NCBI GenBank assembly: GCA_009914755.4
Contig: CP068257.2
Location: forward strand, 42,304,001-42,368,000
Length of the DNA stretch: 64,000 bases
Direction of reading: 5' to 3'
Source of the DNA: the human T2T-CHM13v2.0 reference genome, Homo sapiens
The position numbers were made by a program, and so were the translations under genes. This document shows positions 1 to 13,922 of the stretch, in pieces. The notes below the pieces were generated by a model. That model saw nothing but the letters and a program-made list of their open reading frames with translations, searched no databases and was not told the origin of the DNA. Position 1 is the first letter of the stretch; every line of letters begins with the position of its first letter.

Positions 1-3000
1 TTAAAGCCCCCGCAGACTTCTCCCTGGCTGGACCCAGGGCACATGCCCATCCCATCCCTGGATCACTTGCTCAAAGAGGGGATGGGATTACCTTTATGGC
101 TTAGATCTGGGGCTGGGCTTCCCTCCCATATCCAAGGGTGAGCGCTGCCATAATAGCAGGAGGTTCTGTTACCAGCAAAGGGGGTAGTGGCAGGTAGGTA
201 ACTCACAGTGACTTGCATGTTGCAAAAGGCAGGGTTCTGTTATCCGGAATTGGAGGAGTGGTTTTAGGTATGTCATATAATTATGCCTTTAAATCCATTG
301 GTTGAGAAAACAGGCAATGCTAAAAGATTCTCATGAACCTAGCAGCGGTTTTAATTTTGTATTTTATTTATTTTATCAGTATCTAAATACAATAGAAATA
401 TAAATACAATAGAAATGGAATGGATCATGTGAGATGTGTGTTGTTGACGAACGTGTAGTCAGTGCTTCATGCACATGGGATCCAAGTCCCCAAACAGTGG
501 CTGCAGATCCACACCCTGCTCCAGGTGCTGAGGTGCCCCAGACAGCTGCTCCTAGTCAGTGAAGCATTGACTCTTTAGTCTCAATTGTTGGTCTGCATGT
601 CTACTGATAAGCCGGTACTGTGCTATTTTAATTATTGAGGCTTTCTAGATGTTGTAGTGTATTTTAGGGCTATTTTCTTGTTCTTTTTCATGATTTTCCT
701 GGCTTTTCTTCCCTGTTTAGTTTTCCATATGAACTATAGAATCAGTATGTCTAGTTCTGGGGCTGGGGGGGAGCTTTTGCTATTTTAATTAGGATTCAGT
801 TATATATTTAGGTTTATGTATCATTTACATATTACTATCTAACAAACCACCTCAAAATGTATCAATTTAAAACAACCATCATGTCGGGGGGCCCTCAATT
901 CTGTGGGTCAGCAATTTGGGTTGGGCTCAGCAACATGGTTCTTCTGCTGGTTTCCCCTGGGGTCATTGGAGTGGCTGTCGTCAGCTAGAGCTGCCTGGAG
1001 AACCTCAGGTGGAATGGCCCATTTCTGGTCCATTTCTGCTCCATGTGGGACCACCTTCTGTCAGACTAGCCCAAGCCACCACCTCTGATGGCCACAAGGG
1101 TGTAAGGGAGTGGCAACGCTCTAAAGACTGTCTTGGAAGTCCTGTGACACCAATCCCACCACATTCTATTGATGGGGTGAGCCCTGAAGTCAACCTGGGT
1201 TCAAAAGGGTGGGGAGTAGACTCCATGTCTTGGCAGGAGGAGCTGCACGTTACTAAGGGCATGTGTTCAGGGAATGGGTGGTTGCAGCCTGGTCACACGG
1301 GGTTTTTCCATTTGTTCAGCTCTGCTTTTGTATCTTTCAAGATGTTCTGTGGTTTCCTCATAGAGGCTTTATTTCCTCTGAAGCTTTTGTTTAGGTATTT
1401 TCTCTTTCTTATTGCAATCTGCGCTCTCCTTCAAGACACCTTCTGCTTTTGTGTGTTCCTGTGGAGGGGTGGTCTGCTGGGCCCCTCTCCTTGGCTCCTG
1501 AACACACAAGGGGATCATATATCCATATCCTCCCAAGCTGTAAGCACTTGCGCTGGGCTGCAAACTTGCATCCTACTTGCCGTAGAGGACAGCCCTTCCC
1601 CTAAACTTCCAGTTTCCCCCTCTCCCACCTGCCTGAAAGGCACCAGCCAGGCAGTCTTGGAAGCCTCGTGTTGAAGGTGGTGGAGCCCCCAGAGCCTGGG
1701 CCCAGATGACCATGTGGGACAGAGCTGCCAGTGACCTAGAGCCATTAAGAGAGCAAGAGATAAACTCTGTGATTGTCTTGGTCTCTTCTGACTGATTCGG
1801 AGGCCACTGCAGTCTGCATGTTGTACATTATTCCTGTTAGCATCACTATCAACTCTAGTTCCTGTTGTAGTAGATTTGGATTCTCCTGGGTATTGAGGCT
1901 ACACAATCGTCTGCACAGACTGACAGTTTCACCTCCTCCTGCCAGACTTTTAGTCTCCTGCTAATTCCAAATGCTGATAAGGTTGGGCTGGCAACAATTT
2001 CATATTTTTCAGGCTTATGAAGAGGTAAGGTGGTCTCTGTAAGTGAATTTACCCAAGAACTGAAATTTGCCCTTTAAACCTCAAAATAGGATTGTGTTTG
2101 TTTCATCTAAAATTTTAGTTGAATGCTTAGTAGTATCTTCGCTGCTTACCAGACTTCTCAGATAATGTGGTAACTGTGACGCCGCCCTCTCTCAGCATTC
2201 GGACGAGATCAGCGTGGGCCACAGTCACCGCATTGTGCCCTCATGCGTGATGTCAGAGAGCCTGCAACCGCGCCCCCGCTGCTCAGTGGCCTCCAAGGGG
2301 CCTCAAGTCCTGGGCTCGTTTCTGCCCCAGGTAGTGCTGTCAGCGGCATGCCTGCCTTCTGCAAGCCCCTCTTCCCTGTTCCCCAGCCCGCACTTCCAAT
2401 GAGCTGTGGGCCAGGAAACCAGCCCGTCACACTTGTCCACGCTGCGTTTAAAGCGGGAGGAAGGAGGACCCAATGCAGGGCCCGAAAGGTCCACTGTGAG
2501 TGAAGTCTTTTTCCTTATGGGACACCTAGGCTGGCTTCTCAGAAAGTGTGTGCAGTTTATTTCCGGGTTCTTGGCGGTGTTCTGAATAGTAAACGTTGCC
2601 ACCTAAATGAAGACCCTTTGAGATATCACTGCGTCTCTACTGTTCCTGATGGTGGACTTTCTCCTCCAGCGTCTGCTGACAGTAACAGTGGAGCTTTCCC
2701 CAGCACCCAAGAGCCCGGGGCTCACCGTGGTCCCCTCCTGTGCAGCCAGCACACAAGGCCCTCCCGTGCCACCACCTCGCAGGGGCCAGGTCTGCTCGGC
2801 CCACTACACCAGAGCCCTTGGGTGCGGGGTGGGCGGGACAGAGAAGAGGAAGGGGGGAAGGAGGGAGCTGACAGCCGTTTCTCAGTTCCCCATTATGGAC
2901 TTGGATTTGGATCACTGAAATCCATATGGAACTAAGAAGTTATCTTTATCCCACAACTCAAAACTCCTGTCTAGAGCATCAGAAATGATGTGCTTTTGGC

Positions 3001-4237
3001 ATCCTGAAATGTCTTTCTCCTCCGCCAACTGCTGTCTGCTGAGAGCTAGCCTTGCTCTCGGAAGGGCGGCTTGGGCAGGGCAAAGGGAGAATTCCAGGGT
3101 TTGGGAGCATCTGCTGATCCCAGAATAGTTGCCAGTGGTGACATCTTCTTCCTGGACCCCAGGACCCAAGGACAGCAGGTCCCATCCCAGCTCTGCCCAG
3201 CTCCTGCCCCTGCACAGAGCAGGACGCCAGCTGGGGTGGGCACTCTGTGGCGTTTTGGGAAGATAGTGCTATATTTCAGAGGCTGTGCCATCTCCTCTGG
3301 GGGATTTCAGCGCTGGTGACAGAGGCATGAAAGGCTCATGGATAGACAAACTGGTGTTTACCCCTCATAGAAACGAAGTTGCCGTCCTATGTGTGCAGAG
3401 AAAACCAGGGACTCCTCTGTTCAGAAGGAAGAAATGGAGGGGCCTGGTGGGCCTGGCAGCGGTGCGGAGGTGGTGGGCTCGGAACTGTAGTTTCCATTCC
3501 ATAAAAAGGCGTCTTCGGAAAGGTTGGGGATTTTGGCAAAGAAGGGGGGTCTCTGGGGAGACTGCATGTGGGTGAGATCCTCTGCCTGGCCGGTTTTGGA
3601 GGAAGAGGGTCACAGGGACCAGCGACGGGGAGGAGGGTCCACATGCTGCAGCGAAGGACCTGGGGCAGGCAGGGGGTGGGCTGGATGGCGGAACACGGGG
3701 ATGGGCCCGTACCTCTCCAGAACTACGGACCTGGGATGAGGCGGCCTGTGAGTGCGATTGGGCTGTGTGACGGCACCAGAGGCGGGGCTGCAGCTGCAGG
3801 CTTTTGTCGTCCTGTGGTCCTGGAGGCTGCAGGTCCAAGGTCAAGGATTCCTTCTGAGGCTTCTCACCCGGGCTCTGACTGCAGGCGGTCTCCCTTTTTC
3901 ATAAGGACACCGGTCAGATGGAATCAGCGCCCACCCTGATGATATCATTTAACTTAATTACTGTGTTAAAGGCCCTGTCTCCAAATAAGGTCACATTTCG
4001 AGGACCTGGGCATTACCTTTGTGGAAGGAACTCAGTTCACCCTAACAAAAGGTGGCAGAATTGGGTGTGGGCGTGTGGGGCTGGGCTCTGATTGGCAAGC
4101 AGTGCTCTGGCCCTGCCCAGGCAGAGGCAGCCTCGTGCCTCACCTTTGCTCCCCTGATCTAAGAAGGTGCACACCCCGGTAGCTTGTGCAGGGGCCAGGA
4201 CAAAACCCAAGAAGCAGCCATCACGCCCCAGGACCAA

Positions 4238-4338
4238 GATGTGCTGGCGCCAGGCTTCCGGGCAACCTAAATCTGTTGTTTAATGAAGACGCGCTGGCAC
4301 CAAGCTTCTGGGCGACCTAAACCTGTTGTTTAATGAAG
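4238..4338. repeat. Tandem duplication, ~50 bp x2 (…gcgctggcaccaagcttctgggcgacctaaacctgttgtttaatgaag)
   Basis: Two adjacent near-identical 50-bp copies read directly in sequence. Confidence 0.6.
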
Positions 4339-5473
4339 GGGCTCAGAAGCAACTCAGTGTCCTCAGTGTCTCGGTGGCATCTGAGCAGCCATGAAAAGGT
4401 GCCATGGGGACTGGAGAGGCCCACTGTCACACCTCCCAGCCCCAGCCCCAGAAATCAGATGGAGCCCCAGAGGTCCCACCCCTGAGGTCCCACCCTGTGT
4501 GGCTCTTCTATCCCAGGCGTTCTCCAAGGTCCCCAGGGTGCTGGGGGCTGCCCAGGCTATCTGCTGCGGTCAGGGTGTCAGTGGTGCCACCATAACCAAG
4601 TGAGGCGAGGTTCCACATCGCCGGCCAAGTGGCTTTATGGGCCTCCAGTGGGATGTGGCAGGAAGTACCCAGCGGCTCTGCCATGCATTCTTGACCAGAA
4701 ATGTTGAACCCGAGTTAATTGTGAGGAAACGGACAAATCCAGGGTGTGGGGCACGCCGCAGAGAGCTGCCTTAGCCGCTTCAACACCATCAGGCCAGAGT
4801 AGGCGGGGAGCGTCTCGGGGAAAGGGGACAGAGAGACGTGCCATCCAAATGCATGTGTGTCCTCCACGGGGCCCTGCATCCCCGCAGCTAGGAAGGTCAT
4901 CTGGGGACAGTTGGTGAAATGGAAACAGGGACGGGATGTTCGGCAGTATTCTGTCGGTATTCATTTCTTGGGTGTGCTCATGGTGTCCTAGTGAGCAGGC
5001 TGTCCTGATTCGTAGGAGATGTGGACGGACATGGAGGGAGTGCCGTGACGTAGCCCAGGAGACCTTTTTAGCTTAAAGCCTGTGCATAAGAAATAGGCAA
5101 GTGAGTTTTAGATGTTCATACATATTTCATTGCAGAATATTAGTTTAGGGTGATCAATAAAAGACTTTCAAGCCTAATGTTAAGCAAAAGAGACTTTTAA
5201 TATATTCCACAATGATAAAATCCTGTGGAAGAAGGGCAGTGGGAATGCAGATTCCAGGAGCAAGTGGAACGAAGCCAGCTGTCCAGAAGAGCTTTTTTTG
5301 TGGGGTTTGAAAACAGGTGCCAATGGTGGCTGTCAAATCATGATGGCATTTAGGTTCTACTAGCTACATTGGAGAGAAAGAAAAACACTATGCTTTACAG
5401 AGTCAAAATCTACAATATGCCAGACTTTACACCCCTTGCATATTTAAACTTGGGCTTAAAAATGTAGAAGCTG

Positions 5474-5660
5474 GCTGGTTGCAGTGGCTCATGCCTGTAA
5501 TCCCAGCACTCTGGGAGGCTGAAGCCAGAGAATCACTTGAGCCTAGGAGATCAAGGCTGTGTGAGCCATGATGGCATCGCTGCCCTCCAGCCTGGGTGAC
5601 AGAGTGATATTCTGTCTCTATAAATAAATAGATGAAAAATAAAAAATAAAAATGTAGACG
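5474..5660 (+). mobile_element. Alu (SINE), internally deleted copy
   Basis: ggctgg..gcagtggctcatgcctgtaatcccagcac… left end fused to right-arm end …ccagcctgggtgacagagtga + A-rich tail. Confidence 0.8.
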
Positions 5661-7054
5661 TCAACTTCACATTGTCTGGGGATGCATAATTTCCTAAAAA
5701 TCGCTCTCATGGGCTCACGAGCAAATGCTCTAGGGGGCCACTGAGTCCAGGCCCCTCCCAATGCTTTCCTGCTCTGCCAGCCCAAAGGACTTTGAAGCTG
5801 GAGGCGGGGACCGGTGTGGCCAAGCAGGGCACCTTCCTCACCGTCACCCTTCTGCAGGGAGGGAGGTGGCCTCTGCCTGCTGCCATTGGAGGTTTGTGCA
5901 GTCAGGTTTATCAAGGAGGTCCAGGCGGGCTGGGTGTGGGGAGGTGGAACAGGGTACCTGCGAGGTCTGTGAGTGAAACTACACTGCTGGCTGGACAGAG
6001 ACATGGCAATGACCCAGGGAAACCGTGTTGAGCGCTCTGGTGGGGGCAGGCGGGCGGGAGAGGCCCCTGAGTTCCGCTAGCTGGAATTAAGCAGGTGAAC
6101 AGCAGATGTTTCTTGGAATGGAGTCTGGTCCATAGTAAGTGATGAAGATGTGTTTTGACTCCGTATCTAGGACCTCCAGGACGTAGAGGTTGATGATCCG
6201 GGCAGGTGGCCTTCAGCGAGGGAGCACGTCAAAAGGCTGTGGGCCGTGCAGACAGCTGGGGGACACCGTCCCGGGTGTGACCTTGGGCCACACGGCAGGG
6301 TGGTGGACTTGCTCCTAGAATTGGGCTCCAGGGCTGAAGCCAGCCCCTCTGATCTGGCACTGGCCGGCTCCATTCACCCTTTTTGGGGCTTACTGCCGCA
6401 GAGACTTCCTTTGAGGAGAGCTGGACCCAAGACGCCAGAGTTCCGGGGGCACTGAGTGCTGTGTGGCACCCGGGCCAGGAGAAACATGTGCCAGAGGGCA
6501 GGCGTGGGCTCTCCGGGGAGTCTCTGCGTAGACTTTCTAGCCCAGAGGTTCAGGTGATGGACCAGAGACTGGCCGCTTTGTGACACCGAGGACGGTTGAT
6601 AAAGTGGATTCTCGAGGGGAAGCTGCATCCACACAGAGGCTGGGACGTGAATGTGCATCACGGCTCTATCTGTGGCCCCCAAAGGCTGGGTGCCAGCTGC
6701 CTGTCGGCAGGGAGCGTATCACCGTGGCACGTCCATGCCGTGGGGGTCACTCAGCAGCCACGGATGCGCCCTGGGTGCTGTCCCGGGGCCGTCTCAGAAG
6801 CACCGCGCTGGACCGGCTGGGCCAGATGCCATGGGATTCTGTGTTTGTGAACCTCTAGAAAAGGTAAATTAACCTATAGAGCTGGAAAGCTGACCTGCAT
6901 TGTCAGGCTGGGTGGGGAAGGACTTGGATGGAAATGTTCCCTGTTGCAGTGTGGTGGGGTCACAGGCGGCTTAGCTTGTCAACACCCATAACGCTATGCA
7001 CGGACACTCGGCAAACCCATCTTAATCGTGTGTTATTTATTCCTGGATGAAGTT

Positions 7055-7221
<167 letters not shown>

Positions 7222-7246
7222 TGATTTTTAAAAATAAACGTCATGA

Positions 7247-7537
7247 CTGGGTGCGGTGGCTCACACCTGTAATCCCAGCGCTTTGGGAGGTCGAGTTGGG
7301 CGGATTACCTGAGGTCAGGAGATCGAGGCCAGCCTGGCCAACATGGCGAAACCCCATCTCTACTAAACATACAAAAATTTGCTGGACATGGTGGTGCATA
7401 CCTGTGGTCCCAGCTACTCGGGAGGCTGAGGCATGAGAATTGCTTGAACCCAGGAAGCTGCAGTGAGCCAAGATGGCACCACAGCACTCTAACCTGGGCA
7501 ACAGTGAGATAATCTGTCTCAAAAAAAAAAAAAAAAA
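7247..7537 (+). mobile_element. Alu, full length
   Basis: ggtgcggtggctcacacctgtaatcccagc… dimer structure, A17 tail. Confidence 0.9.
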
Positions 7538-9084
7538 TCAGATTCCTGTACTTTGCGCCGTAGCAACGGAATCAGCAGGTCTGCTGTGGAGCCCGGGCAT
7601 CTGCTTCTCGGAGCATCACAGCTGATGTGCTGGCCCTCAAGCAGGCTTCTTGGGACCCTGGTTCTTCTGGGCCAGTGTGGAGTGATGTGTGCCCCTGGGT
7701 GAGGACCACCTGGTCTCCTGGGGCTCTGCTGTGTGCCAGGTGGGGGCCAGGTGATGGGCTGCAGGGCGGCCCCCACCCTGTACAACTCAGGATCTGGTCG
7801 AATATATCGTCTCTAGCTCAAGAAAGGCGTTCTGAAACAGCAAGCCTGGTCTGCCCAGCGTGTCTGAGGCTCTGCTCTAAGGGGCCCCTGCCCACCCTGG
7901 GGGGGCTGCAGTGTGTCTGGGCGAGCACTGACTTCTGAGCCTCGCTATCTGGACTGGCACTGGCTCTACTGCTGACTCCCTGTGTGGCCCCATATGATGC
8001 ACGAAGCCTCTCTGTGCTTCTGTTTGCTCACCTGTCAACTGGGGCAGTGATGGCATCCTGCTGGGGTCATCTGAGAGTCTGGAATGCGTGAGAGGTGTTC
8101 AACACAGACCGTGGAACAAGTTAAGCCCATAAAAAGTGTTTTTGTTGCCCCCTTGTCTTTTCTGTCCTTTCTGTCTAGGGTATTAATTTCCTGTTGCTGC
8201 TTTAATGAATCAGCCCACAGTGTGGGGGCATCAAACAGTACAACTCCTTAACCCCACAGTGTGTGGAGTCAGCAATTCAGGAGCGACTTAGCTGGGTGCT
8301 GTGGGGTTGCAGGTGAGCTGAGGCCAGGGCTGGGCTCATCTGAAGGTTTGACCAGGGCCAGAGGGCCTGCCTCCCAGGTGGCCCCCTCAGGAGTAGGAGG
8401 TCAGCCCCTTCCGCGCAGGAAGGACCTGCCGCTCACACATCCTTGTGATGTGGCCATCCTGGGAGCAGAGCCAGGCAGAAACTGTCCTTTTTGTGACCTA
8501 GCCTTGGCAATCACGTAGCACATTTCTGCAAGGCTGTTCATCAGATGCAATGACCAAGTCCAGGCCATAGTCAGAAAGGGAAGAAGACCCCTCCACCTTT
8601 CGAGGGGAGGAGCGAAAGTGTTTCAGGCCCATTCCTAAACCATGACCAGAGCTCTTGTCCCCACGGTTTCTGGGGAGCCAAGGGCCCAGTGTCTGGGAGA
8701 GGTGACTTTTAATGCCCCATAGGTTGAGAACGTCCAAGGGTGGTGGGAGTGACACTGGCATCTGTGGCCCCCGAGTGCCATTCAAGGCAGCGCCTGCAAA
8801 TCCCTGAGAGGCAGAGGGTGGGGGCCTGTATGGAGGGCGCTCTGTGGAGTCGGGACAGGGGGTTTCATGGGCGGGTGGGGTGGGCGCCCATGGAGAGCCT
8901 TGCTCTGGGTGCAAGAATGGCCACAGTGGGGGCAGCTGGCGGTGTGGAACAGGGGCCGCCCTGGGAATGTGGAAGGCCAGCTGGTGCCACTCCAGAGCCC
9001 ACCCCTTTGCCCCATGGGAGTGCACTCAGTGCCCTTCCAGAGGACCAAGTCAGGGGTTGGCAGCACCGCCAGCCTGACTGCCAG

Positions 9085-9468
9085 GGTTTCCCCTCCACAC
9101 GGGGGGTCTCGGGTTTCCCCTCCACACGGGGGGTCTCGGGTTTCCCCTCCACACGGGGGTCTCGGGTTTCCCCCTCCACACGGGGGTCTCGGGTTTCCCC
9201 CTCCACACGGGGTTTCCCCCTCCACGCGGGGGTCTCGGGTTTCCCCCTGCACACAGGGATCTCGGGTTTCCCCCTCCACACGGGGGTCTCGGGTTTCCCC
9301 CTCCACAGGGGGGTCTCGGGTTTCCCCCTCCACACGGGGGTCTCTGGTTTCCCCCTCCACACGGGGTTTCCCCTCCACACGGGGGTCTCGGGTTTCCCCC
9401 TGCACATGGGGGTCTCGGGTTTTCCCCTCCACACTGGGGTCTCGGGTTTCCCCCTCCACACGGGGGTT
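9085..9468. repeat. Minisatellite, ~27-bp unit (gggtttcccctccacacggggggtctc) x ~14
   Basis: Direct tandem repetition visible; generates long spurious ORFs on both strands. Confidence 0.85.
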
Positions 9469-9852
9469 GTAGGGCCGCTCAGTAGGAGTGCTGCCAAGAG
9501 TGGAGGGGGGCCACCGGCTTCCCTGCTGAAACTGTGAGACGTGCGTAGAAGGAAAGGGGGAGCCGGTGGAGCCCCTGGGGAGTCGCTCCTTTTGTGCAGG
9601 AAACCAGAACAGAAATCTTTCACGCTTCAAATACGCACACGAGTGTGGGAGTGAAAAGCATTGATTCCCACACTGAGGGGTTTGTGAGGCCTCCTGGCTC
9701 TGTTTGCAGAGATTGATTGTGCAGTTTGGATCTTTTAAATGAGATACTAAATCAAATAAAAATTATGATGCCTTCACCACAAGTTAATCACTATCAATAT
9801 TTGGGTGTATTTCTTCTAGTCTTTTCGTTTTTTCTTTCTGGTTTGCATGGGA

Positions 9853-11190
9853 GAGTGTGTGTGTGTGAGTGTGGCATGTTTATGTGTATAGTGCTTGTTG
9901 TGTGTGTGAGACTGTGGTGCATATGAGTGTGCATGGGGTGGGGGGATGTGTTGCAGTGTGTGGTGTGTGGTACAATTGTGTGTGTGTGGTGTAGAGTATG
10001 GGGCTGTGTGCAGCAGTGCGTGTGGGATGTGGTGTATGTGTTTTGCACTGTGGTGTGTGTGGTTTGTGCTACAGTGTGTGTGGTTTGTGGTATGGTGCTT
10101 GCAGTGTGGTATGCACCATATGTGTGAGCGTGTGTGTCGTTTTTGGTGTGTGGTGTAGGTGTGGTTTGTGGTGTGTGTGGTGCGTGTGGCGTGTGTGTGG
10201 TTTGTGGTGTGTGTGGCATATGTGTGGTTTGTAGTGTGTGTATGTGGCGTGTATGTGGTTTGTGGTGTGGTGTGGTATATGTAGCATGTGTATGGTTTGT
10301 GGTGTGTGGTGTGTATGTGGCATATGTGTGGTTTGTGATGTGTGGTGTGTGTGGCATGTGTGTGGTTTGCAGTGTGTAGTGTGTGTGGTTTGTGATGTGT
10401 GTGTGGCATATGTGTGGTTTGCAGTGTGTGTAGTGTGTGTGGTTTGTGATGTGTGGTGTGTGTGGCATGTGTGGTTTGCGGTGTGTGTGTGGTGTGTGGT
10501 GTGTATGGTGTGTGTGTGGGTGGTGGGGTGGTGTGTGTGTGGCATGTGTGTGGCTTGTGTGTGTGTGGCGTGTATGTGGTTTTGCGGTGTGTGTGGCATG
10601 TGTGTGGTTTGCGGTGTGTGTGTAGCATGTGTGTGGTTTGCAGTGTGGTGTGTGTGGCATGTGTGTGGTTTGTGGTATGGTATGCGTGGTGTGTGTGGTT
10701 TGTGGTGTGTGTGTGTCATGTGTGTGGTTTGCAGTGTGTGTGTGTGGCATGTGTTTGGTTTGCGGTATGTGTGTGGCGTGTGTGGTGTGTGTGGTTTGCA
10801 GTGTGTGTGGCGTGTGTGGTGTGTGATGTGTGGCATGTGGGGTTTGTGATGTGGTGTGTGTGTGGTGTGTGGTTTGCGGTGTGTGTGGCATGTGTGTGGC
10901 ATGTGTGGGGTTTGTGATGAGCTGTGGTGTGTGGCGTGTGTGTGGTTGTGTGTGTGTGGCGTGTGTGTGGTATGTGTGTGGCATGTGTGGTTTGTGGTGT
11001 GTGTGTGACGTGTGGTTTGCAGTGGTGTGTGTGTGGTTTGTGGTGTGTGGCGTGTGTGTGGTTTGCAGTGTGGTGTGTGTGGCATGTGTGTGGTTTGTAT
11101 GTGTGTGGCACGTGTGTGGGGTTTGCAGTGTGCTGTGCAGCATGTGTGTATAAGCGTGAGGCATGTGCGGGGTGTGCAGTGAGCAGTGCC
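9853..11190. repeat. Complex GT/GTG-rich minisatellite (~1.3 kb; units like gtgtgtggtttgtggtgtgtgtggcatgtg)
   Basis: Continuous low-complexity TG-rich tandem array; the minus strand translates to His/Thr-rich pseudo-ORFs. Confidence 0.85.
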
Positions 11191-11254
11191 CCGGTGTTCC
11201 TGTGAGGGTGTGGGCGTGGCCACCCTGACGCTGTCCCTGTCCCTGTCTTTGCAG

Positions 11255-11302
11255 GACGGCTGTCCTCAGCGAGGGGCCGTGCACCCGCTCCTGAGCAGCG
11301 CC
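11255..11302 (+). other. AGPAT3: 5'UTR portion of the AGPAT3 start-codon exon (acceptor AG at 11253-11254)
   Basis: Polypyrimidine tract plus cag acceptor; strong Kozak context gcgccATGg. Confidence 0.75.
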
Positions 11303-11480
11303 ATGGGCCTGCTGGCCTTCCTGAAGACCCAGTTCGTGCTGCACCTGCTGGTCGGCTTTGTCTTCGTGGTGAGTGGTCTGGTCATCAACTTCGTCCAGCT
11401 GTGCACGCTGGCGCTCTGGCCGGTCAGCAAGCAGCTCTACCGCCGCCTCAACTGCCGCCTCGCCTACTCACTCTGGAGCC
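11303..11480 (+). CDS. AGPAT3: AGPAT3 coding exon 1 (MGLLAFLKTQFVLHLLVGFVFVVSGLVINFVQLCTLALWPVSKQLYRRLNCRLAYSLWS; ends phase 1, donor gtgagt)
   Basis: ATG in Kozak context; translation matches the N-terminal transmembrane region of the lysophosphatidic acid acyltransferase; GT donor at 11481. Confidence 0.93.
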
Positions 11481-12368
11481 GTGAGTGTCTGCTGGGCCAG
11501 TCCCTGCCGCCTGGGGCTCCCGTGGGGGTGGCGCGCGACCATGCACGGGGCAGCCGTGGGCTCTCAGGCAGGAAGTGAGGGCTATGCAGGAGGTGCCGAG
11601 GCCATCTGGCTGGCAGGCTGTCGGAAGGCACCTGGCTACCTCTTTTTCTTAGCTTGAGCTGTGTGACGTGCCACTCTCACCATTCTGACCCATAGCAATG
11701 GCAGCTTCCCACGGTTTACCAGAGCATATGGGAATGTTTAAACAAAAGTAAAGAGAATGTTGAGTTCTGTTTACCCGTTACCAAGCTCCAACAGCTCCCT
11801 ACATGGCCCCTCGTGTGTCCTGCCCACACTGCGCCAACACCAGAGCATGCTGACGCGTATTTCAGCATGCATCCCTGAAAGAAAAGGTGTCCTGCCTCCC
11901 TGCGTATCAAACACATGTGTAGCTGTGTGTCTGTCCGTATGTGCCTCTGTGCGTATGTGTATTATACATAGAGAAACCGATCTGTACCTGTCATGTGGAC
12001 AGAGACTCAGAGGCTTGGTAACAACACCCACTGTGGACAGGTAACCGCTCACACCGGGCGTCGTGGGGACATGAACAGGCGCATCTCTGGAGGGTGGTTT
12101 GGCAGTGGCCGTCAACAGTTTAAGTGGTTGCAATTTTCAACTCAGCAATTCCACAGAATAACATGCAACCTACAGAGATGTGCAAAAGTATGCAACTGGA
12201 CAGGTGTTCTCATTTTATCACAGGTATTCTCATTATTGTATTATTTTTATAGTAGCACAAAACTAGAAGCAACCCAAGCACCTGTCACTGGAGACTAATT
12301 ATGCGGCACCCATACAGGGACCCTCTGCGGCCATCATGGAGAGCCTTCATCTTGCCCGTACAGTTTTA

Positions 12369-12855
<487 letters not shown>

Positions 12856-12900
12856 TTACGTTTTATTTCACACTCTCATGCTGTTTCCATGTTTTTGCAT

Positions 12901-13432
12901 GAGCGCATAGACACTTCGTCTCATATGGGAAACGGTGAGCGCATAGACACTTTGTCTCGTGGGAAACGGTAAGCGCGTAGACACTTTGTCTCACGTGAGA
13001 AATGGTGAACCCACATACACTTTGTCTCATATGGGAAACGGTGAGCGCATAGACACTTTGTCTCATGTGGGAAAGGGTGAGCACGTAGACACTTTGTCTC
13101 ATATGGAAAACAGTGAACGCGTAGACACTTTGTCTCGTGGGAAACGGTGAGCGCGTATACACTTTGTCTCATATGGAAAACAGTGAGCGCGTAGACACTT
13201 TGTCTCGTGGGAAATGGTGAACCCACATACACTTTGTCTCATATGGGAAACGGTGAGCGCGTATACACTTTGTCTCATGTGGGAAATGGTGAGCGCATAG
13301 ATACTTTGTCTCATGTGGGAAATGGTGAACCCACATACACTTTGTCTCATATGGAAAACGGTGAGCGCGTATACACTTTGTCTCATGTAGGAAATGGTGA
13401 GCGCATAGACACTTTGTCTCATATGGGAAATG
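12901..13432. repeat. Minisatellite, 36-bp unit (gagcgcatagacactttgtctcatatgggaaacggt) x ~15
   Basis: Clear tandem periodicity with variants (gtgggaaacggt / atgtgggaaatggtgaacccacatacac). Confidence 0.9.
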
Positions 13433-13444
13433 GCTGGCCTGTAA

Positions 13445-13922
<478 letters not shown>

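Noticed and set aside
380-420. Short duplicated motif taaatacaatagaaat(a)
   Set aside because: Only two short copies in AT-rich sequence; trivial slippage
3520-3740. G-rich stretch with several GGGG runs upstream in the AGPAT3 intron, considered as a G4 cluster or alternative exon
   Set aside because: No flanking splice signals or ORF continuity with the gene; G-richness alone is weak evidence
8740-9630. ORFs of 265, 282, 252 and 201 aa across 8.7-9.6 kb
   Set aside because: Generated by the 27-bp minisatellite (repeating GFPLHTGVS / ETRDPRVEG peptides); not coding
9794-11344. 516-aa minus-strand ORF (and overlapping 384-, 270- and 203-aa ORFs) that is His/Thr/Pro-rich
   Set aside because: Pure translation of the GT/CA-rich minisatellite; no start context, periodic low-complexity composition, and it overlaps itself in several frames on both strands
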